From: Chitinophagales bacterium
Lineage (GTDB): Bacteria > Bacteroidota > Bacteroidia > Chitinophagales > CAIODY01
Reading direction: 5' to 3'
Assembly: GCA_026461075.1 (NCBI GenBank)
Contig: JAPJNH010000042.1
Location: 40,166-104,165, forward strand
Length of the DNA: 64,000 nt
Made by a program: the position numbers and the translations under genes. Of this stretch, positions 40,031-50,681 are shown in pieces; the first letter of the stretch is position 1; every line of letters begins with the position of its first letter. The notes beneath the pieces are model-generated. The model ran no database searches, had not been told where the DNA came from, and saw nothing but the letters and a program-made list of their open reading frames with translations.

Positions 40031-41047
40031 TTATGCTTCAGATTCTTGCTGTTTGCGTTTATGACTCGCCAAAATAAATGCTCCTATGATAGCGGGTAGA
40101 ATCAAATTCACTAACCACAAACTCACGCTCGCGTCAATTATTCGTAAAGAGTAATCTGCAGTAAGCAGAAAGCTCAACAGGTAAACACTTACTTGACCGC
40201 GTACCCCAATTTCCGTTAAGGTAAAAGATGGGATTATGGTCTGAACAAAAAATATTAAGGAAATCACCATGAGGCCGCTCCATAATGGAACAGGCACTTG
40301 AAATGCTTTAAGTAATAGATAAAATTGAAAAGTAAAAACACTAAAACGTAGCAAGGAAAGCCCTAACAACTTTGCCAAATCCACATAGCCAAATTGTCCG
40401 ATAATACTTAAGTAGGAGCGTACACGCTTTAGATAGGGGATACGATTGCTTAAATTTTCAACTAAACTAATATTGAAATAGAGTAGTAATAAGCATGCAA
40501 TTAATAAGGCAAATAAAATAGGCAATATCCAAATTAAAAATTCATGGGGTGGAAGAAATTGATGCGGAATCTGAAATGGATTAATAAAAAGCACAAATAA
40601 AATCAAACTACTTAAGCCTGTAATAAGGGTGGTTGTAATTTGACCAAAACTCCCAATAAGCGTGACAATGATTCCTTTAATTTGATTGCGCTCGCGTAGA
40701 AAAAGTATTCTGCCTCCGAACTCACCGACGCGGTTGGGTGTGAAAGTGCCAATAGTTACGCCACACCAAACACCTTTTAATGCGTCAAGGAAGCTAATCT
40801 TTTGCATTTTGCTGACTAACAATTTCCACTTATAGGCCTCTATACTCCAATTTACCAACATAAGTAGTAATAGCAAGACCAAGGCTGCATAAGATTTTGG
40901 TCCGAAATGATGAAGAATAGTTGCGTTTAAACTACGGATATTCTTATGCTGAAATTGAAAATAAAGTGAAATACCAAAAGCGATTGCTAAAATCGCTTTA
41001 ATCATCCACGCAATACGCTTGCTTGGTTTGGGTACTTGAAACTTCAT
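40031..41047 (-). CDS. Polytopic membrane protein, lysyl-PG-synthase TM-region-like (UPF0104/flippase-like)
   Basis: About 8 TM helices. The family call rests on general resemblance only. Confidence 0.45.
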   Translation of the reverse strand: MKFQVPKPSKRIAWMIKAILAIAFGISLYFQFQHKNIRSLNATILHHFGPKSYAALVLLLLLMLVNWSIEAYKWKLLVSKMQKISFLDALKGVWCGVTIGTFTPNRVGEFGGRILFLRERNQIKGIIVTLIGSFGQITTTLITGLSSLILFVLFINPFQIPHQFLPPHEFLIWILPILFALLIACLLLLYFNISLVENLSNRIPYLKRVRSYLSIIGQFGYVDLAKLLGLSLLRFSVFTFQFYLLLKAFQVPVPLWSGLMVISLIFFVQTIIPSFTLTEIGVRGQVSVYLLSFLLTADYSLRIIDASVSLWLVNLILPAIIGAFILASHKRKQQESEA

Positions 41048-41144
41048 CCCCTAAAGTTAACCAAAATAGACAATTTATTAACGAATGAATTTTTGCGTTT
41101 TCGTTGGGATAACCGACAAATTGCCTTAGGTTTGATGTTGAAAT

Positions 41145-41882
41145 ATGAGACCACTTTTTCATTTAGGGCGTTACTTAATAATGCTCAGTTATTTTTTTAG
41201 AAAGCCTGAGAATTGGCGGATGTATGTTCAAGAAACATTTCGTCAGATGTATGCCATGGGGGTAGGCTCTTTATTAATCGTAGCAGTAATCTCTCTCTTT
41301 ATTGGGGCTGTAATTACACTGCAGACAGCTTATCAATTGGTCTCTCCCTTGGTTCCTGTTTATGTAGTAGCCTCTATCGTTCGCGAATCAACAATATTAG
41401 AACTTTCCGTCTCCGTATTAAGTTTGGTGCTTGCTGGTAAAATTGGCTCTAGTTTGGCTACAGAATTAGGTACTATGCGTATTAGCGAACAAATTGATGC
41501 ATTAGAGATAATGGGTGTTAACAGCCGTTCTTATTTGATTTTACCGAAATTAATCGCGGCTTTAATCACGATTCCTGGATTAGTGATTATTTCTTGTAAC
41601 GTAGCCCTCTTTAGTGGTTTTCTTGTTTCCACCGCCACAGGTGTTATGTCGTCTGATCAATTCTTGTTCGGATTACGTGAAGACTTTGTTCCATTCAACG
41701 TAGTCTTTTGTATGATAAAAGCTGTTACCTTTTCTTTTATTATAGCTACAGTTGCTTGTTATCATGGTTATTATGCTGAAGGTGGTGCTTATGAGATAGG
41801 TGCTGCTAGTACTAAAGCCGTGGTCTATTGCTGTATCATCATTTTGGTTTTTGATTATATCTTAGCCCAACTTCTTCTATGA
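41145..41882 (+). CDS. MlaE-family ABC transporter permease
   Basis: Conserved ...GTMRISEQIDALEIMGVN... motif of the MlaE/Ttg2B family. Confidence 0.85.
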   Translation: MRPLFHLGRYLIMLSYFFRKPENWRMYVQETFRQMYAMGVGSLLIVAVISLFIGAVITLQTAYQLVSPLVPVYVVASIVRESTILELSVSVLSLVLAGKIGSSLATELGTMRISEQIDALEIMGVNSRSYLILPKLIAALITIPGLVIISCNVALFSGFLVSTATGVMSSDQFLFGLREDFVPFNVVFCMIKAVTFSFIIATVACYHGYYAEGGAYEIGAASTKAVVYCCIIILVFDYILAQLLL

Positions 41883-42646
41883 TTGAATTACTCGATATCC
41901 GTAAAAAATTCGGTGGGCAAGAGGTATTGAAAGGGATCTCTGCTCAGTTTCAACCTGGTCAAACAAGCCTAATCATCGGTACTTCAGGTAGTGGAAAAAC
42001 CGTTACGCTCAAATGTATGGTTGGATTGATTGAAGTAGATAGTGGAGCTGTAATGTATGATGGCAAGAATTTTTCTGCCATGACCAATGAAGAAAGAATT
42101 GAAATTCGAAAAGATATTGGGATGTTGTTTCAAGGGGGCGCTTTGTTCGACTCTATGACTATTGAGGAAAATGTTATGTTTCCTTTGAATATGTTTAGTA
42201 AAATGACCAAAGCCGAGAAACAGAAGAGAGTAGACGAGTGCCTAGATCGTGTTAATCTAAGTGGAAAGAATAAGTTGCATCCCTCTGAAATCTCTGGAGG
42301 AATGAAAAAGCGTGTTGGTATTGCCCGCGCGATAGTAATGAAACCGAAATTCTTGTTCTGTGATGAACCCAATTCCGGATTAGATCCTAAGACTTCTTTA
42401 GTGATTGATAAATTGATACGTGAAATTACGGTCGATCTCAATATGACAACCGTAGTGAATACACACGATATGAACTCCGTTATGGAAATTGGTGATCATA
42501 TTATATTCCTATGGCAAGGTTTGAAGAATTGGGAAGGAAATAAACAAGAGGTCTTACACTCCGGCAATAAAGAATTAGACGACTTTATTTTTGCGTCAGA
42601 ATTTTTGAAAAAAGTAAGAGAAAACTACGATAAACTTATTCACTAG
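41879..42646 (+). CDS. ABC transporter ATP-binding protein (MlaF-like)
   Basis: Walker A GTSGSGKT, signature ISGGMKKR, Walker B FLFCDEP. ATGA overlap with the permease gene. Confidence 0.9.
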   Translation: MIELLDIRKKFGGQEVLKGISAQFQPGQTSLIIGTSGSGKTVTLKCMVGLIEVDSGAVMYDGKNFSAMTNEERIEIRKDIGMLFQGGALFDSMTIEENVMFPLNMFSKMTKAEKQKRVDECLDRVNLSGKNKLHPSEISGGMKKRVGIARAIVMKPKFLFCDEPNSGLDPKTSLVIDKLIREITVDLNMTTVVNTHDMNSVMEIGDHIIFLWQGLKNWEGNKQEVLHSGNKELDDFIFASEFLKKVRENYDKLIH

Positions 42647-43337
42647 ACAGGAGCACTTTTGCTACTTGTAAGTCGATAGGTGTCGTTATTTTAATGTTTT
42701 TGCTTTCTCCTTCGCAAATATAAATCGTTTCCCCTGACTGCTCCCATAAGGACGCATCATCACTAAAGCTTCCACTTGCGTTATTGTATAATGATTTTAA
42801 TTTTTCTGCATTAAAACATTGGGGAGTTTGCACCAATAATAATTGATTACGGTCGAAATTTTTACTGCAGATTGAGTCGTCGATGGTTGCGTTATCGCCG
42901 GTAGTTATTATTCGAGTTGAATCATTACAACGAATACAAGGAATGCAAGCTCCATGCTGCTGAGCAGTTTCGAAGCATTTTGCAATTAGTGTAGCGCTGA
43001 TAAAAGGACGAGCCGCATCATGAATAGCAACAATTCCCTCATTATGACATAGGGCTAATCCATTTCTAACGGAGTCCGTTCTAGAAGCCCCACCCGCACA
43101 AACGGATAGCTGGGAATGGGCATATACTTCACTGAGCTTTTGTTGCCAGGTATCAAGATATTGGACTGGTAATACCAAAATGATATGAATGGCCTTACTA
43201 TATGACAGAAAAGCATCAATAGTATGCAACAAAATTTCCTTTCCCGCGACCTTTATAAATTGTTTCGGCATTTCAGATTGCATGCGACTGCCGCTGCCTC
43301 CTGCTACAATAATCACCGATTGCTTAGCTTCATTCAT
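42636..43337 (-). CDS. ispD: 2-C-methyl-D-erythritol 4-phosphate cytidylyltransferase
   Basis: VIIVAGGSGSRMQSEMPKQF motif and IspD length. Confidence 0.85.
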   Translation of the reverse strand: MNEAKQSVIIVAGGSGSRMQSEMPKQFIKVAGKEILLHTIDAFLSYSKAIHIILVLPVQYLDTWQQKLSEVYAHSQLSVCAGGASRTDSVRNGLALCHNEGIVAIHDAARPFISATLIAKCFETAQQHGACIPCIRCNDSTRIITTGDNATIDDSICSKNFDRNQLLLVQTPQCFNAEKLKSLYNNASGSFSDDASLWEQSGETIYICEGESKNIKITTPIDLQVAKVLLSSE

Positions 43338-43381
43338 AGCTTAAAGAAAAACAATTTTATCCAAATTTATTATATTTAAGG

Positions 43382-44131
43382 ATGAAGTATAGGTTCGTCT
43401 CTATTTTTTTTATCCTTTTAGTAGGCGTAAATACAGCATCAGTAAATGCCCAAAATAATTGGGACTTTGGTTCATGGAATACCTTGAATTTAAATTATCA
43501 TCTTAATAAGAACCTTTCTGTATTGATGACGCAAGAGGCTCGTTTTAAAAGTAATTTGAGTCAGTTAAACCTTTTTTATACGAATATTGGTGTCGAATAT
43601 CGTTCGAATGAATATTTTCGAAATGCACTCGTTTATCGCCATATAGATAAATATATTAACGAAGATAATCGCTTTAGTTTTCGTCATCGTATCATGTGGG
43701 ACATGACCGTGCGTTATCCAATCAATGAGAAACTGACAGTCTCTTATCGTCATCGCTTGCAAATCGAAAATAGAAATATCTATTCTAGTTCGAAGGGATA
43801 TTTGGCAGAAGTGTATTCAAGGAACAAATTTACAATCAAATACAATTTAAGTGATCGCATTTCAACAGATGTTTCTGCAGAATTTAGATATCAATTGCAT
43901 GATCCTCGTAATTTAGAATCAGAATCAACTTGGCACAGGAATCGTTTTATGGCAGGAATAAACTACCAAGCCTCTGACGCCTTGGAATGGGGAGCCTACT
44001 ATTTGCTACAAAAAGAATTTAATGTTTCTTTACGTGAAAATCTTTCTATTATCGGACTTGAATTGAATGTCGATATGAACAGACTCCTTAAAAGTGTCCG
44101 TCCTAGAGAGGAAGATTTCTACTTAGAATAG
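43382..44131 (+). CDS. DUF2490-like outer-membrane protein
   Basis: Signal peptide and a beta-strand-rich repeat pattern. The family assignment is from memory. Confidence 0.45.
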   Translation: MKYRFVSIFFILLVGVNTASVNAQNNWDFGSWNTLNLNYHLNKNLSVLMTQEARFKSNLSQLNLFYTNIGVEYRSNEYFRNALVYRHIDKYINEDNRFSFRHRIMWDMTVRYPINEKLTVSYRHRLQIENRNIYSSSKGYLAEVYSRNKFTIKYNLSDRISTDVSAEFRYQLHDPRNLESESTWHRNRFMAGINYQASDALEWGAYYLLQKEFNVSLRENLSIIGLELNVDMNRLLKSVRPREEDFYLE

Positions 44132-45343
44132 TTACTCAAAATCTTCATATAGCAAATACTTTTTACGCATTTGTTTGAATTTAATCAAATCACTTTCCCA
44201 ACTTGCCTTGATATCAGCAGGCGAAAGGCCATTTTTTAATTGAATTTGTAGCTTGTTGCCACCATCCAATGTATTAAAGAATTCACTGAAGAATTTTTCA
44301 GGATTAGGATAAGCATGATATGCTTTGTACAAGTAGGATAAGTCTATACCAGGTTTTGTTTGAAGGGAGCTTTCTGTAAGATTGCTTAAATCTTCTCCGT
44401 TACACAATTGGTTTAAGCAAGGTGGGTTTTTAGCGCCAACTCGACTTGTAGGCGTGAATTGAAAATTGAAATTATTTTTCGATAATGCGGGTGAACCGTA
44501 AATCTGGAAGGCTTTGTCGGTTCCTCTTCCTAGAGAAATCGGCGTACCTTCAAACCAACATAAACTTGGATAAAGATAAATTGCGCGCATGTTTGCCAGA
44601 TTAGGAGAGGGTTTTACCATTAATTGATAGAAGTCTTTATGGGTATAGTTTTTACAAGGGATTACTTTCAAATCACACTGAATAGAACCAACGGAAGTTT
44701 GAATCAACCAGCCTTCTCCATTAACCATTTGTGCATATTCTCCTGCTGTCATGCCATGTACTACGGGCACTTTATGCATACACACAAAGGAGTATTTTGA
44801 AGCTGAGGGCATCGGTCCGTCCACATAAAATCCATTAGGATTTGGGCGATCTAGAACAATTACTTGCTTGTGATGAATGGCTGCAGCATGCATAACATAG
44901 TCGAGTGTGCCTAAGTACGTATAAAAGCGAACACCAACATCTTGCAAATCGTATAGTATAATATCAATGTCCTGAAGATCCTCTTTTGTAGGCATTCTAT
45001 GCTCGCCGTATAATGAAACAATCGCGAGTCCAGTCTTGCTATCGATTCCATTATTTAAATGCTCGCCCGCATCAGCAGTCCCTCTAAATCCGTGTTCCGG
45101 TGCGAAAATCTTTTTCACAGCAACCCCACGTTTCAGTAAAGTGTCCACGATTAAACTACTGCCAACCAAAGAACTTTGGTTCATTACAATACCAACTTGT
45201 TTGCCTTTTAAACTTGTTAAATACTGATCCATTCGTGCTGCGCCCACTAACATTTTATCGTTGCAATAACTTTGTGCCATTAAAATGTTCGAACAAATGA
45301 ACAAAATAGCAAGGATGGCGGTTGTAAATTTATAGTTCTTCAT
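44132..45343 (-). CDS. DUF1343 family protein (NamZ-like exo-beta-N-acetylmuramidase)
   Basis: IFAPEHGFRG...DIQDVGVRFYTY motifs. Signal peptide from the ATG at 45343. Confidence 0.7.
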   Translation of the reverse strand: MKNYKFTTAILAILFICSNILMAQSYCNDKMLVGAARMDQYLTSLKGKQVGIVMNQSSLVGSSLIVDTLLKRGVAVKKIFAPEHGFRGTADAGEHLNNGIDSKTGLAIVSLYGEHRMPTKEDLQDIDIILYDLQDVGVRFYTYLGTLDYVMHAAAIHHKQVIVLDRPNPNGFYVDGPMPSASKYSFVCMHKVPVVHGMTAGEYAQMVNGEGWLIQTSVGSIQCDLKVIPCKNYTHKDFYQLMVKPSPNLANMRAIYLYPSLCWFEGTPISLGRGTDKAFQIYGSPALSKNNFNFQFTPTSRVGAKNPPCLNQLCNGEDLSNLTESSLQTKPGIDLSYLYKAYHAYPNPEKFFSEFFNTLDGGNKLQIQLKNGLSPADIKASWESDLIKFKQMRKKYLLYEDFE

Positions 45344-45390
45344 AGTGAATAATCGACGATGATTTTTTTTTACTTTGTAGCCGTTAAGCA

Positions 45391-46407
45391 ATGCGCGAAA
45401 ATAAGATTAAATATAAACTTGGTGACCATGTCTGGCTCAAACATACGCAAGAAGAAGCGGTGGTGGTAGATTTTGTAGATATGTTTATGCTCAAGGTGCG
45501 TGTGAATGACTTAGAAGTACCTGTTTATAAGGAGGATGTTGATTTCTACCAAAAACAAGACCAAAAAGTAATTGAAGCAGAAGCAAAAGAAGTTTGGTCG
45601 GATGAAGAACTCTATTTTCAGAAATATGGTAAAGAAGTACAGTCTGGATTTTACCTGAGTTTTGTCCCTGTTTCAAGCAAAGAAGGCGCTGATTATTTTG
45701 ATATGATGTTGGTGAATGATACCAACGATGATATACGTTTCGAAGTTAAGCTATATCTAATGGGGGAGTTGTATATGCATTTGAAAAACCCGCTTGCTCG
45801 ACGTTATATCTATCAACTTGGGGATATCGCCTTTGATGAATTGAATGAGAATCCTGAAATTGAGATTATTTTAGAACATCGCTCTCATCCTTTATTACAG
45901 CTGTTTAAACGAATTAAAATACGTCCGAAGTCCTTTTTCAAAGACTTGTCCTCGACACCTGTTTTGGAAAGCACGGCTTATAATTATAAGCTTGGCTTCC
46001 TTTCTGAAATTCCTAGTCGACCTGATCAAGAAATTATTATTACTCCTGCACTGAAAAAACAATTGCAACGAAAATTGTCAGAAAATAAAATGGTGCAACC
46101 ACAGCAAAAGCATGCTTACTTTTTTGTGCCAGATGTGATCGATTTGCATATTGAATGTTTAGTGGATAATCCAAAAGGGATGTCGAATGCAGAGATGATT
46201 AAGGTTCAGTTAAATCATTTCAAGCATACCTTAGATGATGCAATAGCACATCATCGTGAAAAGCTGACGGTAATTCATGGTATTGGTAAAGGTAAATTAC
46301 GTCAAGAGATTTGGGATATCCTCCGTCAAACGCCGGCGGTGCGTTCTTATAACAACGAATATCATCCGAATTATGGTTTCGGAGCTACTTTCGTTTACCT
46401 GCGTTAA
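45391..46407 (+). CDS. Smr-domain protein
   Basis: C-terminal Smr domain (IDLHIE....LTVIHGIGKGKLRQEI). Confidence 0.7.
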   Translation: MRENKIKYKLGDHVWLKHTQEEAVVVDFVDMFMLKVRVNDLEVPVYKEDVDFYQKQDQKVIEAEAKEVWSDEELYFQKYGKEVQSGFYLSFVPVSSKEGADYFDMMLVNDTNDDIRFEVKLYLMGELYMHLKNPLARRYIYQLGDIAFDELNENPEIEIILEHRSHPLLQLFKRIKIRPKSFFKDLSSTPVLESTAYNYKLGFLSEIPSRPDQEIIITPALKKQLQRKLSENKMVQPQQKHAYFFVPDVIDLHIECLVDNPKGMSNAEMIKVQLNHFKHTLDDAIAHHREKLTVIHGIGKGKLRQEIWDILRQTPAVRSYNNEYHPNYGFGATFVYLR

Positions 46408-46434
46408 GTCATTTCCTTTTCGTATTTTTACAGC

Positions 46435-46792
46435 GTCAGTCAGGCTATCGCTCCGATTCGTCGGGGAGGAAAGTCCGGGCAGCATAGAGTACCGCACTTC
46501 CTAACGGGAAGGCTGATATTCGTATCAGACAGCTAGTCGTACAGAAAATAACCGCCTTATCGCTTGCGTTAGGGTAAGGGTGAAAATGAGAGGTAAGAGC
46601 TCTCGTCGAACTATAGTGATATAGTTGGAGATGAAACCTTGCGGGCTGAAAGACCAAATATACCAACGCTTGAGGGCTACTCGCTCGAGTTGGGTGGGTA
46701 GGTCGTTAGAGGTGTTTGGCGACAAACATCCAAGATAAATGATAGCCTCGTTCCGATTTCGGAATCAGACAGAACCCGGCTTATCGACTGAC
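46435..46792 (+). ncRNA. rnpB: RNase P RNA (bacterial type A)
   Basis: Universally conserved GAGGAAAGTCCGGGC at 46467-81 and ACAGAACCCGGCTTA near the 3' end. P1 pairing of GTCAGTC (5') with GACTGAC (3'). Confidence 0.9.
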
Positions 46793-46818
46793 ACGTTTGA
46801 CTTAAATTGAAAACAGAT

Positions 46819-47598
46819 ATGAAAAAGTTGATTTTTGTAATGGTGAGTTTCTGCTTCGGCTTTATTAGCTCTAAAGCACAAACTTCAAATCTCGCGCCCA
46901 TCGCTTCAAAAGCAGCCATTGTTAAACCAGATACTACAATTGTAATGGACAAGGCCAATCCGAAGCTTAAACATTTCTTGGTAAAGAAGGGCGATTTGCC
47001 GCAAGAGCAAGGTGATTTGCTGAATGGTAAAAAAGAAGGTATTTGGAGAATGTATTATGAAACAGGTTCTCCTCGTTCTATAATGGAATATCATAATGGT
47101 GTGGTGAATGGAATGGTTATGACTTTAGATCATAGTGGTTTTATTATGAAAGAGGAACATTATGTCGATGGGAAATTAGATGGCTTTACCATCAATTATC
47201 ATAACGGAGGAAAGATTAAAAGCTATGCCACCTACAGTGCCGGATTATTGAATGGAAAAAAAGTAGTAAACTATGATGATGGTACACGTCAAGAAGAATC
47301 CAATTGGAACATGGGAAAGAAGAATGGCTTGACAAAATGGTATTATCAAGGCGGGAAACCACTCGGTGAATACAACTATACTAATGATGTCAATAATGGA
47401 AAATGCACCCTCTATGACACTAAAGGTAATGTGATTAAAGTAGGACAGTTTGTCAATGGAAAGGAAGAAGGGGAATGGTTGTTTTATGCAGAGAAATATG
47501 GTTCTGAGCCTTATAAGAAAGTAGTTTATAAGTTTGGTATCATGATTACAGAGACCTGGATGAACGCAACCGCTGAAGCAGAGGAAAAGAAAAAATAA
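46819..47598 (+). CDS. MORN-variant repeat protein (YwqK-like), secreted
   Basis: Signal peptide. Repeated G..EG.W..YYE.G / Y..G...G units. Confidence 0.55.
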   Translation: MKKLIFVMVSFCFGFISSKAQTSNLAPIASKAAIVKPDTTIVMDKANPKLKHFLVKKGDLPQEQGDLLNGKKEGIWRMYYETGSPRSIMEYHNGVVNGMVMTLDHSGFIMKEEHYVDGKLDGFTINYHNGGKIKSYATYSAGLLNGKKVVNYDDGTRQEESNWNMGKKNGLTKWYYQGGKPLGEYNYTNDVNNGKCTLYDTKGNVIKVGQFVNGKEEGEWLFYAEKYGSEPYKKVVYKFGIMITETWMNATAEAEEKKK

Positions 47599-47599
47599 G

Positions 47600-48346
47600 T
47601 TGAAAAAGAAGGTCGCACTGATTAATTATTTTAATTCTATTCCATTTCTGGAAGGGATGAAGGATAGTGATGCTTTTGCTTCAACATTTGAAGTGCAAAC
47701 CGCTGTTCCTGCTGAATGTGCGCGCTTATTCAAAGAGCAGCAAGTGGATGTGGCAATCGTTCCTGTCGGAGCGCTAAATTCCATAGGGAATTATCATCTT
47801 TTAAGTGATTATTGTATCGGTGCAATCGATCATGTGAAAACCGTTGCTGTTTTTGCTAAAGATTCCTTAGAAAAGCTTAGCACAATTTATTTGGATACAG
47901 AAAGTCGTTCAAGTGTAAAGCTGTTAAAAGTATTATTAGCTGAGTTTTGGAAAGTGTCTCCAATACTAAAGGACATGCATTCATATAATGGTGAATTGCT
48001 ACAAAATGAAGGATTGCTATGTATCGGTGACAAGACCTTTCCCATGTTGTCACAATTTGCCTTCCAATATGATTTAGCAACAGCATGGAATCAGTATACT
48101 GGTTTGCCGTTTGTTTTCGCCGTTTGGGTGCAAAATGGAACATTAAGTGATTCGGAGCAAAAGATATTTAATCAAACGATTTCTGAAGGAATAGCTCATC
48201 TAGCAGAATATGCTGTTAAAATGCACGCATTATATCCTGAAATCGACTTTCAAGATTATTATTTTAATTGTATTAACTATAATTTAGAGGCTGAGAAATT
48301 AAAAGCCATACATTTGTTTTTAGAAAAATCGAAAAATTATGATTGA
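47600..48346 (+). CDS. mqnA: MqnA-family chorismate dehydratase (futalosine menaquinone pathway), TTG start
   Basis: N-terminal VALINYFNSIPF, with MqnA/MqnD periplasmic-binding-like fold and length. Confidence 0.65.
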   Translation: MKKKVALINYFNSIPFLEGMKDSDAFASTFEVQTAVPAECARLFKEQQVDVAIVPVGALNSIGNYHLLSDYCIGAIDHVKTVAVFAKDSLEKLSTIYLDTESRSSVKLLKVLLAEFWKVSPILKDMHSYNGELLQNEGLLCIGDKTFPMLSQFAFQYDLATAWNQYTGLPFVFAVWVQNGTLSDSEQKIFNQTISEGIAHLAEYAVKMHALYPEIDFQDYYFNCINYNLEAEKLKAIHLFLEKSKNYD

Positions 48347-48572
48347 ACCGGATATCCGTTGGAATGATTACGAAGATATAGCTATCAAGTTGTACGAAAA
48401 GTTTGGAGATGATTTTACTGAAAGTAAAATCTATCGAATACGTTTCACAGAACTATTAGAGTGGGTATTAACACTGCCTAACTTTATTGGTAAGCGCGAA
48501 GAGTGCAATGAAGGCCACTTGGAGATGATTCAATCATCTTGGGTTTATGAATGGCGCGATAATCAAAAGTAA
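48339..48572 (+). CDS. iscX: IscX (YfhJ)-like small acidic protein
   Basis: Aligns by eye to E. coli IscX (W.D..EI...LY....D......RFT.L..W...L..F.......NE..LE.I...W). Confidence 0.6.
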   Translation: MIEPDIRWNDYEDIAIKLYEKFGDDFTESKIYRIRFTELLEWVLTLPNFIGKREECNEGHLEMIQSSWVYEWRDNQK

Positions 48573-49297
48573 TGAAGAACAATCTTGTCTTCTTTCAAGA
48601 TTTAGGCGTTCTCGACTATCGTTCTGCATGGGATTATCAAGAAAAGCTTTTCAACGAGATTTTAGAAATAAAGTCTAGAAATCGTCAGGCAGAAATGTCT
48701 GGTGCGAGTGAGGGACCAGAAATTACTCCCAATCATTTGTTGTTTGTCGAACATCCGCCTGTTTTTACCCTAGGAAAAGCAGGTAAAATGAATCATTTAC
48801 TGGCGTCTACCGATTTGTTAAATCAAAGGAAGATTTCTTTCTTCCAAACAAATCGTGGTGGCGATATCACCTTTCATGGTCCTGCACAATGTGTTGGTTA
48901 TCCAATTATAGATCTCGATAATTTCTTTACCGATATTGGTCGCTATATGCGCTCTTTAGAGGATGTCATGATTATGACTATTGCGCATTATGGGCTTAAG
49001 GGAGAACGTAGTCAAGGCGAAACTGGGGTTTGGTTAGATGCATCACATCCTGCCAAAGCGCGTAAAATATGTGCCTTAGGCGTTCGTTGCAGTCGTTGGG
49101 TGACGATGCACGGCTGGGCATTGAACGTGAATACTGATTTGAGTTACTTTGATTTAATTGTGCCTTGTGGAATAGTAGGAAAACAAGTTACCTCAATTGA
49201 AAAAGAGTTGGGTCATCCAGTGGATATGGAACAGGTAAAAGCGCTGATTCAAGAGAATTTTGCCAAAGTTTTTGGAGTAGAGTGGGGCGTGCAATAG
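48572..49297 (+). CDS. lipB: Lipoyl(octanoyl) transferase
   Basis: Motifs EHPPVFTLG, RGGDITFHGPAQ, and K in ARKICALG. Confidence 0.9.
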   Translation: MKNNLVFFQDLGVLDYRSAWDYQEKLFNEILEIKSRNRQAEMSGASEGPEITPNHLLFVEHPPVFTLGKAGKMNHLLASTDLLNQRKISFFQTNRGGDITFHGPAQCVGYPIIDLDNFFTDIGRYMRSLEDVMIMTIAHYGLKGERSQGETGVWLDASHPAKARKICALGVRCSRWVTMHGWALNVNTDLSYFDLIVPCGIVGKQVTSIEKELGHPVDMEQVKALIQENFAKVFGVEWGVQ

Positions 49298-49334
49298 ACA
49301 AATATTTTTCGAGTTTATTTTGTAGGTTTGTTAT

Positions 49335-50681
49335 ATGAAAATAGTACGAGTACTAATAGTGCTTTTCTTGTTCGGTCAACAAGTGAATGCGCAGGCTGTT
49401 TGGGATCTTAAACGTTGTATTTCTTATGCAATGGAGAACAATCTTCAAATCAAACAAGCGGGTGTTGCGGCCTTGTCTTCTAACTATTCATTTCAAACGG
49501 CAAAATACGCAATCTTGCCTAGTCTGAATGCAGATGCCAGCCATTCCTATAACTTCGGCCGTGGAATCGATCCAACGACCAATATTTACATTTCTGATAG
49601 ACAAATACAAGTAAATAGCTTTAGTGTTAGCAGCTCTGCAGCCTTGTTTAACGGAGGTCAACGACAGTATCAACGTCAAGTTGCTTCCCTAGAATGGCAA
49701 GCGGCCTTGCAAGATTTGAAAAAAGCTCAAAATGACGTCGCCATGAACATTGCCATGGCTTATCTAAATGTATTGTTTACCAAAGAACAAGCACAAATTG
49801 CTGCTCGTCAATTAGACTTAACCGGCCAACAGAAAAAGCAGACTACTAGATTAGTCGAAGTGGGTAATATTTCTGAATTAAGTTTACTAGATGTGGAAGC
49901 GCAATATGCCAATGAAGAGTCTAATTTGGTTGGTGCACAAAACAATTATGTGTTAGCAAAATTGAAGCTAATACAATTGTTGCAATTACCGATGAATATG
50001 GATATTCAAGTCGATACCATGCAGTTTAGTATGGAGGCGGTTAAAATTCCAAGTGCCGATCCGACCGAAGTTTTTGAATTCGCTCGTAAAACACAACCTT
50101 ATATTCTTTCTCAACAAATTCGATTACTAGAGGCTCGTAAACAAACCTATGTTCGTCGCGCTTCTTTTTATCCTTCATTGAATGTGTTTGGAAGTATTCG
50201 TACTTCTTATTCCAGTGCAATGATGAATTACTTCCCAGACCCTTTACATCCAACTAAAATCAGCTTCAGCGATCAGCTTAATCAAAACTACGGTAAAGCC
50301 GTAGGCGTAAGCTTGAGTCTGCCTATTTTTAATGGCATGCAAACGCATTATGCCTTTCAAAAGGCTCGTCTAGGAGAACTTAATGCTAGTTATAATTTGC
50401 AATCTGCCGAACTTAGTCTTCAACAAGAAGTAACCCAAGCCATTGCTAATTGGAAGGCTGCTGTTGCTAAGTTTGAATCGGTACAAAAATATGCAGCCTC
50501 TATGCAAGCCGCTTATGATGCTAATGCTAAGAAATTAAATGCTGGTATAATCAATACCCTTGAATTCAATACAGCAAAAAATAACTTAGCCAAATCACAA
50601 TCAGATTTGGTTTCTGCCAAATATGATTTGTTGCTAAAAACAAAAATTGTAGACTTTTACTTAGGCCGTCCGCTTTACTAA
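49335..50681 (+). CDS. TolC-family outer-membrane efflux protein
   Basis: Signal peptide. Tandem OEP repeats (NNLQIKQA..., ...LDLLDAEAQY-like). Confidence 0.85.
   Translation: MKIVRVLIVLFLFGQQVNAQAVWDLKRCISYAMENNLQIKQAGVAALSSNYSFQTAKYAILPSLNADASHSYNFGRGIDPTTNIYISDRQIQVNSFSVSSSAALFNGGQRQYQRQVASLEWQAALQDLKKAQNDVAMNIAMAYLNVLFTKEQAQIAARQLDLTGQQKKQTTRLVEVGNISELSLLDVEAQYANEESNLVGAQNNYVLAKLKLIQLLQLPMNMDIQVDTMQFSMEAVKIPSADPTEVFEFARKTQPYILSQQIRLLEARKQTYVRRASFYPSLNVFGSIRTSYSSAMMNYFPDPLHPTKISFSDQLNQNYGKAVGVSLSLPIFNGMQTHYAFQKARLGELNASYNLQSAELSLQQEVTQAIANWKAAVAKFESVQKYAASMQAAYDANAKKLNAGIINTLEFNTAKNNLAKSQSDLVSAKYDLLLKTKIVDFYLGRPLY

Noticed and set aside
46445-46958. Several 60-93-aa ORFs on both strands
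   Set aside because: They overlap the RNase P RNA gene (46435-46792) or run antisense to the start of the MORN-repeat gene. There is no coding signal.
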